DNA from: Octopus vulgaris
Taxonomy: Eukaryota
DNA: 64,000 bases
Assembly: GCA_951406725.2 (NCBI GenBank)
Contig: OX597821.1
Coordinates: forward strand, 108,686,001-108,750,000
Reading direction: 5' to 3'
A program made the position numbers and the translations under genes. Shown one piece after another: positions 27,770 through 42,664 of this stretch (position 1 is the stretch's first letter; each line of letters starts with the position of its first letter). The notes below the pieces were generated by a model. That model was not told the origin of the DNA, searched no databases, and was given only the letters and a program-made list of their open reading frames with translations.

Positions 27770-28559
27770 GTGTATGTGTGTTTGTGTTTAGTGTCGGAAA
27801 CCGAAAAAGTAAAAGGAACAAAGAGAGATACAGAGAGAAAGAGATAGATAGAGTGAGAGAGCAACAGACGAAGCAGAGAAATAAACACGCAAACAAACTC
27901 ACGCATGCACACACACACACATACACAGACACACACAAAGGTTGAGAGAGAGACAGAGAGAGAGAGAGAGAGGGAGGGAAAGAGAGAGAGATTAGGGCTT
28001 GGCGTTGAAGGTGTGTCTGTGACGTCATCATCAACTTTAACATGTCTATTAAAATGTGTGTTAAGTATATTTTTAACTTGTATAAACGAAAAGCCCTTCA
28101 CACACATGTTTAACTGCTGTACTAACAAACAGCACAATATAGCCTATTTATTACCCCACACTAAGCAGGAGTGGGTCTCTCCCATCCCCGTCTCCCTCAC
28201 TCTCTTTCAATTTCCCCACCTCTTTTCCTCTCTCTCTCACTCTCTCTCTCTCACTATATCTATATCTATCTATTTATCTCTCTTACTGGATCCGCTTTTT
28301 CTCTTTCTCCTTTCTTTTTAGTGTATTTATGTATATGTATGTATGTATATCTTATGTGCCTATGTGTATGTGCACGTGATTATACGCATAAAAGTGTAAA
28401 ATACACACTAGAGCATGCACACAAACACACACACGCATACACACTAGAACACACACACACACTCACACACGCAAAGTGGGAACGAAAATGAAAGAAGGAT
28501 TAGGTATATGGTTAAGAGTAAGAAGTTGGTGTCTCTTACTAAGAACACTCGATATATAC

Positions 28560-28664
<105 letters not shown>

Positions 28665-28911
28665 GAAAGAGAGAGAGAGAGAGAAGAGTGAGGGGGAAAA
28701 GAGAGGGAGAGGGATTTACAGAGGAGTAGGAGGAGAAGAAGAAGAAGAAGAAGAAGAAGAAGAAGAAGAAGAAGAAGAAGAAGAAGAAGAAGAAGAAGAA
28801 GAAGAAAGAGATCAAGAGAGATTTGGGGAAAAGAAAAATAATGAAAGAAAGAATGCCAGAAAGAAAAAAAGAAAATAAATTCACTTATTCAAAGAAAATA
28901 ATTATAAATAG

Positions 28912-28952
<41 letters not shown>

Positions 28953-29094
28953 TGAGAGAGAAGGGGTTGATGGGGAGGGAGAGAGAGAAAGAAACGATTT
29001 TACGGAATATAAAAAAAGAAATTTGAGTTGTGAATATGAAACCAGAATTTAAAGGAAAGAACAACAGAGAACAACTTGAGGAATAACGACATAC

Positions 29095-29101
29095 AACTAT
29101 T

Positions 29102-29142
<41 letters not shown>

Positions 29143-29730
29143 CGCCACTACCACCACTATTACTACTACAACTACCAATACTACTACTACCACTACTACT
29201 ACTACAACTACCACCACCTATTACGGCTACTCCTACCACCACTATTCCTATTACGGCTACTCCTACCACCACTATTACTACTACTACTGCCACTACTGCT
29301 GCTACTACTACTACTACTACTACTGCTGCTGCTGCTACTACTACTACTCTCAATACCACTGCCACTGCTTCTACCACTACTAACACTACTACTACTGCTG
29401 CTACTATTGTTACTACTACTGCCACTCCACCACCTCGTCCTCCTCTTCCTTCTCCTCTTCCCCCTCTTCTTCCTCCTCTTCCCCCTCTTCTTCCTCCTCA
29501 TCACCCTCTTTTTCTTCCGCTTCCCCCTATTCTTCCTCCTATTATTCCTCTTCTCCTTCCTCTTCCCCCTCTTCTTCCTCCCTCTTCCTCCTCTTCTTCT
29601 TCCTCCTCCTCTCCTTCTTCCCCTTTTATCTCCTCCTCCTCCTCCTCCTCCTACTACTACTACTGATAATAATAATAATAATACTATTACTACTGCCACT
29701 ACTACAACTACTACTACTACTACTACTATA
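29095..29730. repeat. Compound (CTA/CCA/CTG)n and (CCT/CTT)n low-complexity tract
   Basis: Includes a 30-bp tandem duplication cctattacggctactcctaccaccactatt at about 29217-29276. Confidence 0.9.
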
Positions 29731-29984
29731 AGAAATATATGTTTTTAATTTAGACTGAAAGATGTGATTCAGTGGCTTTCATCCATTGACGCCAGTATTT
29801 CATTTGATTGACTTTGTATTTTCTGTCTTGGAAAAGACTTTGACCTGAGTCCAATCTTGGAACTTGGATTCCCACCATTTTGAGGAGTGTGGAATTACGT
29901 CTTAGCTATTATTGTTACCGGGTATGCTCTGACCCTGAGTAAGGGCATGCCCTCAGGGTGTCAACTGAAAGCTAGTTATGTGAA

Positions 29985-30310
29985 GGCACAAGGCTGAGTG
30001 GTTAGCGTATTTGGCTCACGATTATAAGGTCGCGAGTTCGATTCCCGGTAGCGCGTTGAGCTCTTGATTAAAACCACTTAGTTCGGTTGCTCCAGTACAC
30101 TCTACTGACAAAAATCTAGTTGTTCCAGTATATCAAAGGGCCGGCCTTGTCACATTCTGTGTCACGCTGAATCTCCTTTAGAACTACGTTAAGGGTTACG
30201 CGTGTCTGTGGACTCCGCAACCACTTGCTCGGTAAATTCGCGAGCGGGTTGTTCCATTGATCGGATGAACTGGAACGCTCGTCGTCGTAACCAACAGAGT
30301 GCCAGTATTG
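29985..30310 (+). mobile_element. SINE family C
   Basis: ggctgagtggttagcgtattt...gagttcgattcc (A/B boxes)...ttgtcacattctgtgtcacgctgaatctcc. Confidence 0.85.
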
Positions 30311-30960
30311 GTTACTTAGCATGTGAAGGGAAAAGGAATCTCACTAACACCCCAACGGACAAAAGGAAATTCACTAAAAACCCAACAGACCCAGCATAGA
30401 TGCAACCCTTAAGCTCTTTTGCTACTCACTCAACACACAGTAACTTCTTACAAATCCTGCGTCTCGATGACTGCCGTGTTCGAAGCACTTGTTGCGCCAG
30501 ACCAATGCAAGCATGAAGGAGGAGGGAATGGGACTGCCTCTGAACAAACCATGCCCACTATAACAATAAATGGCTGCTGCTTTGTGGGGTAAATTCCTGA
30601 GTATTTGAGAAAGGGTGAGAGAGTAAAACCTTATTGGTACCATGCCCAATGAGGTAAATCCGAGGCGTTGTTATTGCTAGTCGAAAACTCTTCTTCTTCT
30701 TCTTATTATTATTATTATTATTATCGTTGTTGTTGTTGTTGTTGTTGTTATTGTTGTTGTTGCTGTTGTTGTTGTTGTTGTTATATGTTTGACTTTTTCC
30801 TTTGTATTAGTAGAAGTTAAATCCAAGTCTCACTCAGAGACCTCAAGAGACGACAAGTTAGAAATTCAAGTTGGTGTTATGCCTAGGGTGTCAAGTATTT
30901 CGTTTTGCACATTGTATTGCTCTAGAGAATGTTGAGAAAACATCAGAAAATTATGAGTTC

Positions 30961-31010
<50 letters not shown>

Positions 31011-31011
<1 letters not shown>

Positions 31012-31560
31012 GAGTGAGAGAGCAGTGCATGCCATCAAAGTGACACTGGGGTAAAATATACGGAGCCCAATATACCCATCATGACTACCCGTCTGATAAG
31101 GGTACACCAGGCACATGCATCACAACCATATGTGCGCGACATGGTGATCTCATATCAAGATAAACAGCACATGACCTTGCAGGTGGGGCCCAGTTAGAAT
31201 TTTCTTCAGGTTGAGTAGCCCATCCCGCTCAAAAGGTCCCTGAATAAGGGTTGTTTAAGGATGTTGAAAGAACCACCCATGTTTCCAGAGGTGAATTATT
31301 CAAACCCCAAATAATCCCTCTCAACACATGGCTATGATGCTCCCCCACTACTTCTGCTCGTGATCAGAGATGCACATATCGTCAGCCACTAAGGGACATG
31401 CTCAACTGGTTAAAGTCAAACAACTGACAAGCAAATCTGTGGTATTGAGCAGAATATTTGCTGTAGCCCATCTTTTATACCAAGACAAAACAATGTACAT
31501 GATAACACTTCCAATCAGTTAAGATCAGAAGCCATGGGAGCCACTGTCTGGTACTGCATT
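31011..31560 (-). mobile_element. About 550-bp non-coding interspersed element at (TAA)n, copy 2
   Basis: Reverse complement of 7092-7650; (TTA)n on both sides. Confidence 0.85.
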
Positions 31561-31584
31561 ATTATTATTGTTATTATTATTGGC

Positions 31585-31794
31585 CGGCGAGGTGGCAGAA
31601 ACGTTAGCAAGCCGGGCGAAATGCTTAGTGGTATTTCGTCTGTCTTTACGTTTTGAGTTCAAATTCCGCCGAGGTCGACTTTGCCTTTCATCCTTTCGAG
31701 GTCGATAAGTTAAGTACCAGTTGTGTACTGGGGTCGATCTAATCGACTGTCCCTCTCCCCATAAATTTCGGGCCTTGTGCCTAGAGTATAAAAG

Positions 31795-31795
<1 letters not shown>
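31585..31795 (+). mobile_element. SINE family A
   Basis: ggcgaggtggcagaaacgttagc...ggccttgtgcctagagta, followed by (TTA)n. Confidence 0.9.
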
Positions 31796-31893
<98 letters not shown>

Positions 31894-31927
31894 GTTATTA
31901 TTATTATTGTTGTTATTATTATTATTA

Positions 31928-31959
<32 letters not shown>

Positions 31960-32289
31960 GTTATTGTTATTATTATTATTATTGTTATTATTAATATTAT
32001 TTGTTATATTTTGTTCTTACTTTAATGTATACGAGTTTCACTCAGGCCTCAATCAAAGAGGTCATAGGATAACAAGGTTTTGCATCTGAATATACAAACA
32101 GGTGATGTGCCATGCAAGTCAAAGTACTATTTTTTTTATCCTTTCGGGGTCGAGAAAAACCAGAAATAAATTTCCAATTGATTAGTAGGTCTGGTGTTAT
32201 CGACAATCTCCCTCCCCTCAAAAGATTTGACTAAATGCCTAATTTAGAAATAATGATCATTGCAACCATCAAAAGCCATCATCTGGCCG

Positions 32290-32912
32290 CATCGTTACCG
32301 CACCGAGAAAGCGCTTAACAGAATTTGGTCTGGGTTTACGTTCTCATTTCAAATTCTGCCTTTTGTCTTTAATTCTCTAAGGCAGCAAGCTGGCAGAACC
32401 GTTAGCACTCCGAGTAAAATGCTTAGCGGTATTTTGTCTGTCTTTAATTCTCTAAGGCGGCGAGCTGGCAGAAACATTAGCACGAGGGGCGAAATGCTTA
32501 GCGGTATTTAGTCTGCCGTTACGTTGTGAGTTCAAATTCCGCCGAGGTCGACTTTGCCTTTCATCCTTTCGGGGTCGATAAATTATGTACCATTTACGCA
32601 CTGGGGTCGATGTAATCGACTTAATACCTATGTCTGTCCTTGTTTGTCCCCTCTGTGTTTAGCCCCTTGTGGGTAATAAAGAAATAGGTATTTTGTCTCT
32701 CTTTATGTCCTGAGTTGAAATTTGGGGCTGAGGTCGACTTTGGCAGGGAGCTTGTTGTATCGTTACCGCGCCGAAAAAAAGAAATGATTATCAGCATTCA
32801 TTCCGGCATTACGCTCTCGGTTCTAATTTCACCGAGATCAACTTTACCTTTCATTCGCTTTGTTAAAATGAGTACCAACTGAACACTGGGGACCATGTAA
32901 TCGACTTCCCCC
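32290..32912 (+). mobile_element. Nested cluster of SINE family A copies
   Basis: Young copy at about 32456-32686 inside an older copy, with duplicated ggtattttgtct(g/c)tcttta on both sides. Confidence 0.85.
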
Positions 32913-33790
32913 TTCATGTAGAAATGTGATTAATTTCCTTCCTGTCTATTTTGAATGTTGTGCAAACATAGATTTAAGGTTCAACTATGAGGAATTGGGA
33001 ATGACAGCGCAATAAAATCTGCTCGCTCGAAATTACAAACTTGAAGACATCATACGCTTCAAACAAATATATTTATCTGTCCCGCCCACAACCCCACAAA
33101 AATATACATATAAATCTGCTGGCAAGATTAAGTTGCGTATACTAAAAGATAAATTGTGTAAGAAGAAGAGAGTAACACTGATGTGACAAAGTGATTGATA
33201 ACTCGAGATATATCTTGAGAAGTAAACAAAAATCCATTTCAAGCCATGGCGCTAGAAGACTCTTCTAGAGTTTTCAAACATACAAGCATATAGTCACTCG
33301 TGTCTGTCGTTTTTGTTTAATAAATAGTCTTTGCCATACATCCAAAGCCTACGCTGCAACACCGCATAAATAAATAATTATGTGTGTGTGTGTGTGTATG
33401 TATGTGTGTTTATATGTGCATATATATGTATGTGTGTGTTCGTATGTGTGTGTATTATATATATATATATAAATATACGCAGATAGACACATAAACATAC
33501 ATACATATATATACAAACACACATACATACTAACAAAAAGGCATGTATTCTAAACCGTCAAAACCGCAAAGATCCTTAGATAAACAGCCGATGAGGGCTA
33601 TTTACATTTGTATCCTTCTCTTATGTATATTTATTTCATCGCTTAGACCCGATTCTTCCCCCTTTACATCGAGGCACAGTAATTTGTCTTCGTATCCGTA
33701 TTTTTGTTGAAGTTGCTGTTCACGTTACCTGTTACTCTTCTTTACTCTTTCTCTCTTTCCCTCTTTCAGTTTCTATCTTGCCTGACACAG

Positions 33791-33852
<62 letters not shown>

Positions 33853-34061
33853 TTTCTCTGTCACTTTCTCTGTCTTTCTCTCCTCTTTATCTCTCCGCAC
33901 TTTCTTTGTCTGTTAATCTCCCCCTCTCTCTTTGTCTCTCTTCCTTTCCCTCTCAGTCACTTTCTCTGTCTCTCCGTTTTCTCTCTCTTCCTTTCTCACT
34001 TTATCACTTCTGTCTCCTTCTCTCTATCTTTCTGTCTGTCTTTGTCTGTCTGTCTGTCTGC

Positions 34062-34104
<43 letters not shown>

Positions 34105-34679
34105 CTCATTCACTCACTCAATTCTTATTCCTAGTTACCTTGTATACCTAGTAATCAACTTCTTGCATTCAAGTCTGTGAAATTTATTTTCGACATCAAT
34201 TACTTCACAAAACATCAGTTTCTAGATCCTTCTGCTATTTTTCTCATTTATACAAGCATTACTGATCGAAAACTCGAATTTACCTTCACTTCTTTTTCCA
34301 GTAATGATCATGCGAATTGATACCTATTGTATTTTGGGTTTTTTTTTGCTTCATTTCGCTAGTAAAAGGCTACTTTTGTATGTCAGAGTTACTAGAACAT
34401 AACGTTATTTGCCAAAGTAATTTGTATCTCATCTCCAGTGTATTATTCCCAAACAATCATATACAATAGTTATTGATGCAACAACGGACAGCGGTTCTGT
34501 TAAAAAGGGTCGAAACCGCTGAGATGTTTAGAAAGCAGCTAACAAAGGAAATTATTTTTGTTCTTTCCTGTGTCAAAAATGGCTTCAATATTTGTGAACC
34601 GTTTCTCCCATTTTTATGTCAGCGCACATAGCAACATCTTTTTCGTATACGAACTCATAAAATCTGGGATTATATCAAT

Positions 34680-34980
34680 TGCGATGATGCGGGTTCCAAC
34701 TGACCAGATCTATGGCACAGCTTGCTCGTGAAATTAACGTGCAAGTGGCTGAGAACTCCACTGACACACGAAACCGTTAACGTAGTTCTCAGGGAGATTT
34801 AGCGTGAGACAGAATGTTACAAGGCTGGTCCCTTTTTGAATTACTGGTACTACTCATTTTTGTCAGTGGAGTCTACTGAAGCAACGTCAGATAAAGGGAC
34901 TTTCTGATGGACAAAATGCGCCACCAGGAATCAAAATCACAAACTGTGAGCCGAATACCATAAACCCGAAGACACACGCT
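34680..34980 (-). mobile_element. SINE family C, degenerate
   Basis: gcttgctcgtgaaattaacgtgcaagtggctgag...cagaatgttacaaggctgg. Confidence 0.8.
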
Positions 34981-35015
34981 TGCTCTTACGCACACATACA
35001 CACACACATATATAT

Positions 35016-35245
35016 GTTTCTTTACTACCCACAATGGGGCTAAACATAGAGGGGACAAACAAGGACAGACAAAGGGATTAAGTCGATTACATCGACCCCA
35101 GTGCGTAACTGGTACTTAATTTATCGACCCCGAAAGGATGAAAGGCAAAGTCAACCTCGGCGGAATTTGAACCCAGAACGTAACGGCAGACGAAATACGG
35201 CGACGCATTTCGCCCGGCGTGCTAACATTTCTGCCAGCTCGCCGC
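35016..35245 (-). mobile_element. SINE family A, young copy
   Basis: tttctttactacccac...ttctgccagctcgccgcc. Confidence 0.9.
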
Positions 35246-36219
35246 CATATATAGCTTGCAAGATTCTTGATGTGAATTAGTGTGTTGAAAGAAATACTAT
35301 TGAGCCTTGAGAAAAACATGATTCCGGTAATAATAAACACACGAACTGATTCGGTCCTGCATTGTTATTGTTCAGTATTGCTCGTGTCGTTATTTCTTTT
35401 ATTTTAATTTTTTGTCAAATAATTATTTCATTGCATTGTTGCAATCTCTTCAGAGACGCATCTCTCAATTGGAGCAACGTCAAATAAAGTGACTTTCTGA
35501 TGAACGAAATGCGTCACCCAGAATCGAAATCACGAACTTACGACTGTGAGCCGAATACCCTAAACATTAAGCCACGATTCCTAACATTTCTAGCGCAATA
35601 TTCCAGTAATAACGAAAAGCATAAGGAAAACACACGTAACAGTATAAATATATGATGACATCATCCACTACATTCGCAACAACAACAACAACAACAACAA
35701 TATTGTCAGCATTAATGAAATCTGTATCTGCAATGGCGATAAAAGCAACATACACAAAAACCAAAATGGCTGCTTATCAAATACTTCTGACTTTTTTCTG
35801 CTTATCATTATATCAATCAGCTTCAGTTATCTTTGTCAGATTCCTTCCCTCTCTCTGTGTACATGCATACATATACACACATATATATAATATATATACA
35901 ATATATGTATGTATGTATTTGTTCGTGAGCGTATATATATGTGAGTGTATATATGTATATTTGTTTTTAAGTCTTCATGTCAGTATGTCTGTCAATGCTT
36001 CGTGACCAATCTGTGAAATTCTCATACAATTTTAATCGGTTGATTTTCTTCATGTTCGGCTTCCGATTGGTTATCTCGCAATGATCAGCATGCATAAATG
36101 TATGTATGATATACGTGCGTATGCATTCACTTGCGTATGCATCCATGTACGTGTTTATGCTTGTATTAATGTATGTATGTATGTATGTATGTATGTATGT
36201 ATATGTATGTATGGATGGA

Positions 36220-36272
<53 letters not shown>

Positions 36273-36536
36273 ATGTGTGTGTATGTATGTTTATATGTAT
36301 GTATGCATGCATGCCTGTAAGTATGTATGCATATATGTATGTATATATGTGCTTATTTGTGCATGTATCTATGTATGTGTGTATGAATGTATGTATGTGT
36401 GTGTATACGTGTCGAAGCATATATGTATTTTTTTGTGTATGTAGGTGGCTAGCTGCCTCAATATATATATGATAACAAACGTATTCGTGTGTATGTGTGT
36501 CCGAGTGTGTGTGCATGCATACAAACATTACACGTG

Positions 36537-36578
<42 letters not shown>

Positions 36579-36707
36579 CGTGTGTGTATGTGTGTGTGTG
36601 TATCTGTATTTGTCTGGGCGCATATGCATATGCGTGCGCATGTGTGAAGCTGCATATATGTGTATAAATGTGCCGTATGTATACACACACACACACACAC
36701 ACACATG

Positions 36708-37118
36708 TAGCTGAGTGGCAAGAAGTTTGCTTCTCAACCGCATGGTTCTAAGTTCAGTCCCACTGCATGGCATCTTGGGTTAGTGTCTTCTAAAATAGCT
36801 TCGGGCTGACCAAAACCTTGTAAATAGATGAGGTGGACAGAAACGGAAAGAAACCTGTTGTGTATATGAGTGTGTTTATAGTGCGCGTTTCCTTTTTTTC
36901 TTTTTTCTTTTTTTTGTCTAGCCCTACACCGCTTGAGAACAGATGCTACTGTATTTACGTTCCCGTAAACAAGCAGTTCGTCAAAAGAACCGATAGAATA
37001 AATATCAGGCTTAAAAAGAAGCTAAGTATTGGGGTTAATTAGTAAATTATTTCGATTAAAATTTCTCAAGATGGTGTCCCAGGATGGCCGCAGTCTAATG
37101 AATGAAACAAAATACAAG
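36708..37118 (+). mobile_element. SINE family B, degenerate
   Basis: agtttgcttctcaaccgcatggttc...atggccgcagtctaatgaatgaaac. Confidence 0.8.
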
Positions 37119-37149
37119 ATGGAAGTTATAAATATTAGTTTTCTCTACA

Positions 37150-38850
37150 TTACTCAAATTTTGCTGGGGCACTGCCATTAATTATGCTGCATGTGCACTT
37201 CTTGAACCAATCCACCCCTCTGACATGTGCCATTTAGTGAATGAGAGGGTTTCATCTGCGTTTCTTGCCTCATCTGAAACTCTTGACAAGAGGAGACCCA
37301 GTTTTATTTTGAAGACACCTACATTCATCCCATGTAAGCCTCTCAGCTTTGTAGATAATTATTGAAGTACTGTGGGTCCTTGAGACCCAAACTGTTGCAG
37401 TATCCGGTTGTGTATCTTGATGGTAATATTGAAATTTTTGGTACTGTGCAATGATGCTCCATTCTGATGTCTAAGTGCAAGTTCTAAGATTTTTGTGTAC
37501 AGATTTTTGTGTGCTGTTTATGTACAGGTTCTATGATATTTATGTACATATATTTGCGTTCTGTTTGTGTGCATGTTCTTAGATTTCGGGGTACAGATTT
37601 TTGAGTGCTCTTTGTGTACAGGTTCTAGGATTTTCCAGACGTGCATCACTGCACGCCTTTCCCGCCTTCGTTCTAGAGAGAAGAGACTTAACTTGTTCCG
37701 TCTCTCCCAGTAGCTACCATGTGACATTGAGACAATCTTTTTTGTGTAGCTTAGCTGGATTGCTTCGGGTTACGTCTTTAATTTTCCAGTGTAATAACCA
37801 TAGTTGGAAGCATTAGCCTCAATGGCTGAGAAGTAACCTCTAACAGAGGACCATAATCGTTTCCTGTTCTCTCTTCCTGAAAATTCTAAGGATCCATCCG
37901 GCCAACCATCTGCATTTTATTGCCAACTTTGTAGTAAACACCTGGAGAGATGCAACATTACATATTTAAAAGCCCAAGTCATGCACTGATTTTAAATTTC
38001 AGTAGCCGTTGGAAAACCTGATTATAGCAGTGACTCGATTAATTCCTAGCAATATTTAAAGAAGGAATTTTTATTAATTCCGAAATATTATATCAGACTG
38101 TCAATAATTAAACTATAAGAGCTATTATAGTCCTCCTGGCAGTGCTGTGCTATTCAAGACACGTTATATTTTAATTCAGAGATTGCAGTCCCTCTTGGCC
38201 CTGTGTAACCTGTCTGCATTTCATTCAGCTTCATGTGATGGTTGCGTAGGGCTTGGAAATTTCCAGCATTAAAACTGAATGTTATTGTCCTCAGCCCACC
38301 TTTACATCGTGTCCAAATCTTACTGTGAGTGCACGACATCTCCAAGCTCCTGTATCCTCTCAGACACTTTTGTCTCATTTGCATAGCCAGCAAGGATGGC
38401 CACCTGAGCAGCTGAGGGCATGTCTGAGAGGGTCACTATAAATAACAGCGGCCCCAAGACAGTGCCTTATGGAACATCACTCATTATTTGCACTTCCTTG
38501 GAGGTGTCCCCTTTGGTCAGCACTACCTGACTTCTATCTCTTCGAAAATCATGTAAATATTCTCCAAGTTTTTCAACCATGCCAAGATTACGCAGCTTGT
38601 GACATATCATGCCATGGTCGACAATGTCAAAGGCTTTTACAAAGTCGAAGTATATTACGTTCACATTAGAGTTGTTGAGCAGCTGCTTTAGAACCCAGAT
38701 GTAATGCTGTGTCAGTCAGCAAATCATTCTGTTCACGGAATGCAATTAATTTCTTTCAAACAATTCGTTCTATGACTTTGCTGATATGAGGGGTAGAGAG
38801 TTATAATTCTTAGCAAGTGCACTGCTTCCTTCTTTATGAATAGGGCATAT
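37150..38850 (-). mobile_element. CR1/L2-type LINE 3' region pseudogene
   Basis: Minus-strand AKNYNSLPLIS, NVIYFDFVKAFDIVDHGMI, VP*GTVLGPLLFIV, LFSLERRRER; carries small insertions near 37470-37620 and 37990-38150. Confidence 0.85.
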
Positions 38851-38912
38851 TGTTCTCTCTCTCTCTCTTTCCCTCTCAACACACACAGATACACGCACAC
38901 ACGTACACACAA

Positions 38913-39030
<118 letters not shown>

Positions 39031-39349
39031 ATAAGAAAATGGAAATTTTAGGTTATTATTTATACATCATTACATATGTTTCATTTGCTAATAGGTATTG
39101 CAAAGTTTGACATGTTAAATAGACAAATCGACAGAGAAATTAAATAATACAAATCCTACGTTTGGATGGAGCATTTGTATTTAGTTTGTAATCAGAGGCT
39201 ATATAAATAGTTTTAGTGAAGCATATTCGGTGTGCGGCATAAAACTCCTCAGATTTAAAATTCTTTGAGACTTACCTCAAGTTTACAGATAATTTCCTCT
39301 CTTTTTCCTCATCAGTCCCGGAAGCCTTGATATAAAAAATAAAGGATCA

Positions 39350-39518
39350 CAGTCAATCACATTGACCCTTGTGCTCTGCTGGTACTTATTTTATCGACCC
39401 TAACAGATTGAAAGGCAAAGTCGACCTCGGTGGAATTTGAACTCAGAACGTGAAGATGGAGGAAATACCGCTAAGCATTTTGCCCTGCGTGTTAACGATT
39501 CTGCCAGCTCGTCACCTT
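39350..39518 (-). mobile_element. SINE family A
   Basis: ctggtacttattttatcgaccc...gattctgccagctcgtcacc. Confidence 0.85.
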
Positions 39519-40211
39519 AGGAAAGGACTAACATTAATAGGAAAAAAAAAAAAAAAGAAATGAGCGAATTTATCATACAACCCAATATCTCGAAGAAATT
39601 TCTCAGAAAGGTTTTAAGAATATCGGGGATTTGCTCAAAATCGTCGGCAAATCGTCAAACACATTGTTTCAATCTCATTGCATCTCCTCAGTGACGAACG
39701 CACAAGAATATTCTAAGCTAAGACGAACAACTTTTGTTCTCATGCAGAAATCGATAAATAATGCATTCACTGACTTGTAGGTTAAAATTAAATTAATATA
39801 TGCACTTATGACAGCACTGGATTACTGATAATTTCACAATATCTATAGAAACATAGAATGAAACTAGTAATATTTTGTTGAAGATAACCTGCTTAGAGAG
39901 ATCCGCGTGTTCCTAAGAATAAGAACATAGCATCGTTCAGAACGCTGGTGAATTGTTCGTGTGGTTTCACTGACAGTTATCCAAAGTAACCAGACACTAT
40001 GTTCCGACCTATCAAATAATGATATAAGGCATTGTTTAAAAAACCGATGGCCATGATAGGAACGCTATTATAATGAATTTACTTGATCGGAATAACCACG
40101 ATTCAACAGAAATGCTAATTAAATAATGCATAACAACTTCCAACAGAATCTCACAAAAATGGAAGTCATGAAAACCTTAAAAAGTTACTGGAAAAAAGTT
40201 ATGGGACGAAT

Positions 40212-40264
<53 letters not shown>

Positions 40265-40386
40265 GAGAGAGAGAGAAAGAGAAAAGAGATAGATAGGTAG
40301 ACAAAAAGATAGATCGATAGATAGATAGCTACGTTTGTAGTCACATGGCAAAAGTAATTCCAAAGACCCTAAATTCGGTGCAAGTT

Positions 40387-40495
<109 letters not shown>

Positions 40496-40839
40496 TGTAG
40501 TTGTTGTAAAAAGGAACTGTGATTGTGGCCGTGGAAAGATGAACGCTTAATGTCTCTTGCAATTACGTCATATACTAAACCACTAAGAACAGCCAATCAG
40601 CTAATAGCTCACCCTCCACTTCCACCTCATTTGCGAGTAAGTAATACTTAGTTACATATCTTTTAATAGCAACGGAGAACTGTCCCGCCTCTCAGATATG
40701 AGATAATACATTTATTATTGTGAGCGAAATGGCATGGCGTTTATCGTTGTTGCTTATCTTCATAAAGAGCTACGGTTACAGATGTGGGCATAATAAACAC
40801 ATCTATCTCACATACCCATATATCCATATATATATTTAC

Positions 40840-40884
<45 letters not shown>

Positions 40885-40974
40885 TGTGTGTGCGTGCGTA
40901 GACACACGGAAGCACATATTTGTGTCTGGGTAGATATACACACATGCATACACAAACACAAATATATATATCTA

Positions 40975-41022
<48 letters not shown>

Positions 41023-41060
41023 CATATATATGTATGCATATATGCACATATATGTATATA

Positions 41061-41292
41061 TATTTCTTTACTACCCACAAGGGGCTAAACACAGAGGGGA
41101 CAAACAAGGACAGACAAAGGGATTAAGTCGACTACATCGACCCCAGTGCGTAACTGGTACTTAATTTATCGACCCCGAAAGGATGAAAGGCAAAGTCGAC
41201 CTCGGCGGAATTTGAACTCGGAACGTAACGACAGACGAAATACGGCTACGAATTTCGCCCGGCGTGCTAACGTTTCTACCAGCTCGCCGCCT
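41061..41292 (-). mobile_element. SINE family A, young copy
   Basis: tatttctttactacccacaagggg...ccagctcgccgcc. Confidence 0.9.
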
Positions 41293-41344
41293 TTATACAT
41301 ATATGTATATAGATAAATAGACAGACAGACAGAGAGACAGATAT

Positions 41345-41409
<65 letters not shown>

Positions 41410-42608
41410 CAGACATTGAGAGTGAGCAAAAAACAGACCAAACGATAGGTCGATAAAGAGATAGAGATAAATACTGATAAATATAGAGACACACACATGC
41501 ACATGCACACATGCACACACATACACGCGCATATATATGTACTTGCATAGACACATACACACAAACACAGTGCAAAAATGGCCGCAAATAACTGAATAAG
41601 CCATTGTATGTTTGTGATAATTTATGTATTACGATAAAACTACGATTTTATTTTTCTGAACGCAGAATTGCCGTTAGAACAGCTGAAATGCTAAGTAAAT
41701 TACCCTTACGAGGCGGAAAAAATTAGTGACAAGTAACCTTGAGATTCGAATCTACATCCTTCAAAAGCCCGGTAGAGTTCTTTACCATAAAACAAAACTA
41801 CCCACTGACAAATTCAACAACACATTTAAGGCGCTAAATCGCTTATTGAACAACTACGAGTCTATATATATAAACGAGCATGTGTTTATCTATAAGCGTC
41901 GAAATGTGTATTCTTTAAATCGAATTTACAAAATATATACTTTGGTATGTACGTGTGTGTGGCTGTGAATGTATCCGTATGTACATGTAACACAGACCAA
42001 TTAATAATGTATTCGAAGATCATTCAATTTTTGACATAGAAAAGAGACGGCAAAACCAATGGATTTCTTTGAAAACAAATATGTCTTCAGTTTGAACAAA
42101 GATGGTTAATGGTAAAGAGCGTTTGTGTGGTCAGATATAAACATCTCTTAAAATATGATATATTCTTAGATGGATTACAATGAGCTACCTGAACTACATT
42201 CAATAAAAACATGATTACTAAAAGCGTCAGTAGATTGGCTGGACTGATTTGCATATGTAACGCATTCTAACGGGAAAATGAAACTCTAGCTACCGATTTG
42301 TTAATTGTCTGCAAAGAGCAAACATGCTATATGATTCTACATTCAAAATGAATATTCACTTTCATAACATATTCGCAAGTTTACATATATAAATACACAA
42401 ATGCATGCATACATATACATGCACACACATACCTATATACATATACATGTACATGCATACGTATTTTTACATACTGATACATATATATATATATACATGC
42501 ACACACACACATATATACATACATATATATATATACATATATACACGTATATGCATAAATAGTTACAAATATATACATATATGTGTATATATATGTATGT
42601 ATGTATGG

Positions 42609-42656
<48 letters not shown>

Positions 42657-42664
<8 letters not shown>

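Noticed and set aside
33580-33660. ccgatgagggct partial HHR core (similar partial strings at 39070-39320 minus, 46875-46900 minus and 62398)
   Set aside because: Only one half of the catalytic core is found with matching stems in each case.
35490-35520. ctgatgaacgaaatgcgtc hammerhead-like string
   Set aside because: Lies in a decayed SINE C copy; the paralogous positions at 34905 and 56010 lack the motif.
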